Shown here one piece after another: positions 58,156 through 64,000 of a stretch of 64,000 bases of DNA (within the stretch, counting starts at the first letter, position 1; every line of letters starts with the position of its first letter). The DNA comes from Macrostomum hystrix (lineage: Eukaryota; Animalia; Platyhelminthes), in assembly GCA_950097015.1 (NCBI GenBank), contig CATNEN010000039.1:20460001-20524000 (forward strand). Reading direction: 5' to 3'. The translations under genes and the position numbers were made by a program. The notes beneath the pieces were generated by a model. It saw only the letters and a list, made by a program, of their open reading frames with translations. It made no database searches and was not told where the DNA came from.

Positions 58156-58330
58156 TACGAGGGGTGTCCAAAAAGTCTTGGACTTTTTTGGATAACTCTT
58201 TTTAACAGCTAGCAAGAATAACAGGAACACACTTATTTTATAGTGGCTTTATTTGCAAATGTCACAGTTAAAGAATTTTGAAAATATCACTAACTGTTCA
58301 AAAGTTATGCCTCCTTAACTGCAGTGGGGT
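58156..58330 (+). mobile_element. Probable Tc1/mariner terminal fragment
   Basis: TA followed by CGAGGGGTGTCCAAAAAGT resembles typical mariner TIR starts. I found no matching right TIR in the window. Confidence 0.45.
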
Positions 58331-61080
58331 ACTGTATCTAAATACATGAACATCCTGAACTCGAACTAAACTACAATTTTGAAATCTCACAGAAATGAAA
58401 CAAATTTAAATTTCTGCACAAAATCTCTAGCATGATGACGTGTGCCACGTCATCACTCTCTATATCTATGGTAAATTGTTCATTTGCTTCTGCTTGTGTG
58501 GCGCTATGAAACAGCCAATGAAGATACTCATTTTGTGAGCAGAGCAAGCTTAAAGCCTTTGTTGCCAAGCTTGCCAGAATTTTTTCTTAATCTGTGGATC
58601 CATGGATGTCCACTCAAAGACAGCACAGCATTGCTCAGCCTACACCCTCTGGCATATAAGGTTGAATGGTGCTGAAAAAATATATGCATTGATGCATATA
58701 ATCGTTAGCGTCGGGAAAAGTTTACGTCGGCAATGTATTTCATATGAAGCCTAAATGTTGGGGTTTTTTGAGAGATGAATCATCAGCATGACTAATTGTC
58801 CACTTGGGGTGGGTTAGGGAATTCCCTGTCACACACCCCAATTAAAATCTTGTCCCGCTAGCAGCCACCCCACTCCAGTGTATGTACATTTTAATGTCGG
58901 TTTAACGTCGGTAAAAACCGATCGGCCAAAGTTATATACATCATAATTGGGTCTCTGTACATATTTATGTAAGCAAGCATCCTAATATTAAGAAGCACAT
59001 TCTGAAATTTAACCTAGACATAAAAATTGATTAAATTGTATTTGTAGGCCTATCCTTTAAATTTTAAAACATCATTTATATGCAAAAGGGCAAAAAACAG
59101 TAAAATGAAGCCTTGAAAATTATATTCCACTTAATGACAAAAAACCTAGACAGCTATTCTAGAATATTTAGTTAAATATATGCTTTTTGGCAAAAGGTTG
59201 AATGTCACTGATTACTAGGCCTAGAGTCTTTGACTTTGGCTTAGTTACTATTTGTCTGAATTGCTAGGCCTAGGCCCTATAAAGAAATTGCCAAAAGCAG
59301 GTGGTGTTTTGCTGGCCACTGCATGATTGTCAACATATTGTGTGTCACCTCATACATGTGTTTGATAGATAAAGAAGGCTCCCTGGCTGCACAGATGGTA
59401 CAACTTCAGCAGGTGCAACAGTGAATGACACTGATAAAGCAGCAGAGCTGCCAGAGCATCCAGCCATTAGTGCAGTGTTGACAAATGGACACAGAGAGAG
59501 GCAGATGGGCAGAAAATAGCCAGAACTAGCTATGAACTGAATCGAATGAGCTTAACAGAATATTTAATGGGGGCTAGGCCCAGGGGAAGAAAAGAACAGA
59601 ACAGTTTTTTCAGAGTTAAAAATAGCTCGTATATTAAAACATTCCTAGACATCAGTAATTTAAAAGTGTGCGTCTTTGGTATTTTTCTTAGGACAAAAGG
59701 TCTTAAAGTATAAAGACTAGGATTAAAGTAAATATATAATTATTTTGAATAAATTACAAACTGTTTGCAATTTTATCTTAAATGGTTTATCTTTTTGGCA
59801 CTATTTTGAAGTATGCTTAGTATGAAAATTTTGTGTCCAGCCCTTGTCACACGAGCATGACTCTCACCCTTGTTTAGAGATGAGATTTGCGAACGACATT
59901 TTAGGTTAGGCCTATACACGTATCTGTAGAATTAAAAAATATATACTGTCTCAGATAGTTGTGTTTTAAACGGTTGTTTTATTTAATCTTCAGACTAGGC
60001 TATTTAGCTTCGTAATTAATTGAAGTCTCAGTCAGAGGACAGGTTGTACCATCGCAATTTAGGTTGATAAGGGCCTATTTACTAGTAAAAACCGTATTCT
60101 GTAGTAGGCCCTTGTTTATTTTATTTATAATAGTAGGGCCTTTTGCTTCTTTTGTTCAGAGTTTATAGTGTTGAAAATCAGGATTTGGGTGTACAGAGAC
60201 AGTAGGCCTAAGCAGAAAGTAGGCATATTGAGTGTTTGTCAGCTTGTGCACTGACAAACATTGTCAGGCACTAGCTTTGCTGCAACTGACTGTTTATAGC
60301 CTAAGTCTACAATGTGTTAATTATATATTATTTATAATAAATCATGTAACTTCCAACTTGTGCCACTTCGTGAAGTTCTCAATCTTATCTTACAAATAGG
60401 CCTAGACCTATCTTCTTGCAAGTTAGTCCTATTCACCTATTGCTTATAGTTTAATATATATATATTGTGGCTTAAGTGTATAAAAGAGATGTAGGGCCTG
60501 CCCTGAAAGATATTGTAGATTTATATAAATTGGTAGCAAAGTTACAACATGATACAGTGCCTATAAACCAAAGCAGACTATTCAGGAGATAAAAGTGCCA
60601 TCAAGCTATGCTAGGGCATAGGGGGCCTACTAAGTTGAATATTCCTGTGTAAACAATGCTTATAAGTATATAAGTATAATTTATCAATTATATTCAAAGG
60701 CCTTGTCCAAAACTGATTTAGGCCCTACCAGTTTAATGCTTACTAAAGTAGACAAGACTATGCCTAAAAGATATATGCCCTAGGCCTAGAGCCTAGTCTT
60801 GATCATGTTAGGTGCATTCCATTATTTTAAGAAATATTAGAAAGCTAGAGTCGAGTGCAGCTAAAAATGTATCTTTTGTATGCTTTAAAGTTGAAAGATA
60901 CATAAAAATGTTAGATAAGCTATAACTCTATTTTCTATAATCAACAACCTTAATTTTTTAAAGCCCTAACTATTATAGTACTATACATGCATCATACACA
61001 CCTTGAGCACTTTGGATGCCAAGAAATCAGGGCAAGGCACGTGTAGGCCAACAATGTATGCCTAAATTGGTAGATTTATT

Positions 61081-61567
61081 CCCTAATAGTGTGAATTTGA
61101 AAAAGCTGCAGACACTCCTGCTAGGCGCACAGGTGCGCAGTTGTTTTCAAGAAAAAGAGCACAAATCTACAATTGCTATATATCTTCAGTCTGACTCAAT
61201 GTAGTAATTGATTTCACGAATAAATGTCGAAAGACCTATTTTTGATCTCCGTAGTGTATTTCTAAAAATAGAACAGGTACATGGTGATTTTGCAAAAATA
61301 CAGACACATATCAAATGACCTTTTTTGATCTCCGTAGTGTATTTCTATAATTAAAACAGCTAAGGTTGTCTTTTTGCACTCGGGCACTGCGGAGCATGTA
61401 TTCATGTAGGGGCATAAGGGCACACTGTTTGTTATACATATACATACTTTCAACAACTTTACACACACAAGGTGCAGACAGGTATTTCTTTCTGCGCAGC
61501 CGCACAGGCAATTTTTCACAAGCGCGCCAGACGCTGTCCACAAAAACCCCTATTGGCTGCAATAGGG
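61081..61567. mobile_element. Same MITE family, copy 2, with 8-bp TSD GATTTATT
   Basis: Co-linear homology with 57168-57601; gatttatt at 61073-61080 and 61568-61575. Confidence 0.85.
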
Positions 61568-62806
61568 GATTTATTTACTAATTTCATGCCCAAAATCAAT
61601 GTACACCCTATTGTTTAGAAAATGACACACTAGAACAAATTTTGGAGGACAAACTATGTGCCAACTATATTTTGCCATTATAACAATTGACCATTCCATC
61701 TGTGCAGCAACTATATGCAATCTGTGTGCCATTTATAATATTATGTTTTATCTTAGTAGAACTAAAAGTTATTGTTACATTTATTAATTATCTGCTATAT
61801 TAATGAACTTATCTAGATTCCAATATATGAACTCAAATGTGGCTTTCAGTAATTTATCTGTAAAGAATGATTGAAATTTTGTGACATGGACAGACAGAAT
61901 GAGATATAATTGAATTTGATGGATAAAATATTTTAGTAGTTTATCTAGCCATGAATTATAATTTATTTATAGTTTGTTTGATTTTAAATACCAGAAAGAT
62001 TTTTCATACTTTTTTAACTACTAGGCCTACTAGATACCAATATGCTAGCTAGAGAAGAACTAAAAAATTGTTTGTGTTCAGTGTTGTTTTGATATTTGGT
62101 ATGTAATTTACCATTTAATAAATTATATTGTGTATAATCATTCTTTCTTGTTTCTTAAATAAGTTTTAATTAGTTATAGTTTTAAATAATGTCTGACCTA
62201 GCTAATTGCTCAATCAACCAATGTCTATCTTATCTTGAGAGCTCATTACTAGGTATACTAATGTTTTTTTAAATGAAAATATTTAGTGTTGCCCTTTGTT
62301 GTCTTTTAAAATAAAGGACAAATTCTGATTGTTTTAACACAAAAAATTTTGGCCATAACCATTTTGGTCTGAAGACGAATGTCAATGTTCTGATTCTTTA
62401 AATATCAAATTTAAGCATTGTTTGCTAGCTTTTGTTATTTATTACTAAATAATTGTTAAGAAAGTCAACATGGATATATGTTTGTAAATTATTGTATAAT
62501 TCAGTAGTGTGACAGTGTCACTTTTGTCAGTTGTAAAGTAGTTTCCCTAATAATTAATGCATTCTGTGTATAAATATAATCATATATCAAAGCAAAATAT
62601 AGTCATAGAAAAAAGTAATTATAATTTTTTTAAATGAAACTAATGTTTTTTATACTGTGTATTGAAATTTTACATAAATGTTAAAATAAACTCTGGTTTA
62701 TCTATTCCAGAATATATTTTTTCAACTAAAAACTCCTAGTTGCAAAAACAACAGCTATATTTATTGTTGCTCATCAATTTAATGTTTTGTCATTCCTGCT
62801 AGCTCC

Positions 62807-64000
62807 ATGCCTGGTCCTAGTTCAGCATTGAAGCAACGCAGTAAGATCTATTGTGGCGCTCTTGGCACTCCAGCAACTAGCAGCAATGGGCCAGGCACTG
62901 CCATTCAGATGCCCCGGCCAGCCAACCTGGTTCGATCGATGAAAGAAAATAGGGTGACGCCATTCGTTGCTTTTTCAAAAGAGAAGCCCACTCTTTCTCA
63001 GCAGCAGCAACAGCAACGAATAGCAAGCCTCACTGCTCGCATTAAAGACTTAGAGCTAGAGAACAGTAACCTGCGCAAATGTCTCGACACAGCTAATAAT
63101 TGTCGAGCTCTATTGGCTGAAGTGCACGATCAAGCAGTCCTATCAATGCAGTATTTGTCAAAGTTTGCACACCTTAGCAAATCAGCTCTTGATGAGCTAG
63201 TCATTAATGTGCCTCCTCTGCTAACAATAGCACCTGTTCCAGCTGTTGCACTGGTTGATTCAGCTGTACAAGTAGAAACGCATGTTGCTGCTGTAGTTGC
63301 TACTGTGGAAAGTAGCATCGCTGAGGCGCAACCCAATCAAGCAGCAACGAAGCTATCTCGTCGAACCATAACCCTCGATCGTGCTCAATCTGAGCCAGAT
63401 GAATTAAGCGTAGTTCAGCATCAGCTAGCGCGACATCTCACAACGCTTATCGAATCCCCAGATGCTTCTGCGCAGTCTCAGTCGGAGCCGGAGTTGATGG
63501 AAGTCCAGGAAGGGCAGGACGATAATCAGGCTAAACAGTGCCACCGAACTCAAAATATTGAACCAATTATGGAAGTGCAGCAAAGTCCAAAGTCTGACAC
63601 GAGTCTTAAGCCTGTAACTCAGCCACAAAGTGGACTGTCTGAAAACCCTGAGCCAGTTGATTCTGTCAAACTGGAAGTGATTGTGGTGGAGCAAAAGCAG
63701 GAGAAAGCTAAGCCAAAGTCTAGACAAATTGCCAACCTCAAGAGACCTATTCGAGTAAATCGTAGAAGCAATGCTCGTTCTAGTCAGGAGCGGATTGTAG
63801 ATCCAGTTGAGGAGCAGCAGGGGGCGCCGCTGCAGAATCCGTTCATTCCTAGGCACCGTCTAGCTCGAACACCGCCCAAACCTGGTGCAGCTTATCAGAA
63901 TCTAAGCATGAATTCTAGCAACAATGTCCCTTTAGAGGACAATCAACAAACACTATCTTCGCCATTATCTAGGCAGACTCTGTCTCCGACTGAAACGATG
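62807..64000 (+). CDS. Uncharacterised protein with an N-terminal coiled coil and a long Ser/Pro/Glu-rich disordered region; 3'-partial
   Basis: A stop-free frame of 398 codons runs from ATG 62807 to the window end, so it is missing from the ORF track. It is preceded by acceptor ttcctgctag (62802). Coiled coil: QQRIASLTARIKDLELENSNLRKCL. Confidence 0.8.
   Translation, partial: MPGPSSALKQRSKIYCGALGTPATSSNGPGTAIQMPRPANLVRSMKENRVTPFVAFSKEKPTLSQQQQQQRIASLTARIKDLELENSNLRKCLDTANNCRALLAEVHDQAVLSMQYLSKFAHLSKSALDELVINVPPLLTIAPVPAVALVDSAVQVETHVAAVVATVESSIAEAQPNQAATKLSRRTITLDRAQSEPDELSVVQHQLARHLTTLIESPDASAQSQSEPELMEVQEGQDDNQAKQCHRTQNIEPIMEVQQSPKSDTSLKPVTQPQSGLSENPEPVDSVKLEVIVVEQKQEKAKPKSRQIANLKRPIRVNRRSNARSSQERIVDPVEEQQGAPLQNPFIPRHRLARTPPKPGAAYQNLSMNSSNNVPLEDNQQTLSSPLSRQTLSPTETM

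Noticed and set aside
63130-63856. Minus-strand ORFs 63130-63336 and 63425-63856
   Set aside because: They are shadows of the long open plus-strand frame starting at 62807.

Overview
Intron-rich eukaryotic (invertebrate animal) genomic DNA. The GC-rich exons, tRNA-derived SINEs and minisatellite-filled introns resemble a free-living flatworm such as Macrostomum, but the species is my inference. Five protein-coding genes were reconstructed by hand from splice sites and reading phase. (1) The 3' ~4,170 codons of a giant PKD1-like/REJ polycystin (+, 244-17626; 5' end lies outside the window), with discoidin, C-type lectin, fibrinogen-like, PKD, REJ, degenerate GPS, PLAT and polycystin-channel domains. 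(2) CaMKIV (+, 19080-27639, 9 exons, one GC-AG intron). (3) A spliced gene for an iGluR-topology channel carrying an intact K+ selectivity filter TTVGYGD (-, 29773-43771). This is the most interesting object. It has GluR0/AvGluR1-like architecture, a degenerate ligand-binding site, and no visible genomic start codon ahead of its putative signal peptide, so the AUG may come from a spliced leader. (4) SGF29/CCDC101 (-, 46850-56825). (5) An unidentified coiled-coil/disordered protein (+, 62807 to window end). Most long introns of genes 2-4 carry their own minisatellite (12-69 bp units, some with higher-order structure). At least two tRNA-derived SINE lineages, two copies of a TSD-flanked MITE, a second hairpin MITE and a mariner-like end are also present. 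Most long ORFs in the supplied track that fall in repeats are translation artefacts. There is no CRISPR array, rRNA or bona fide tRNA gene.
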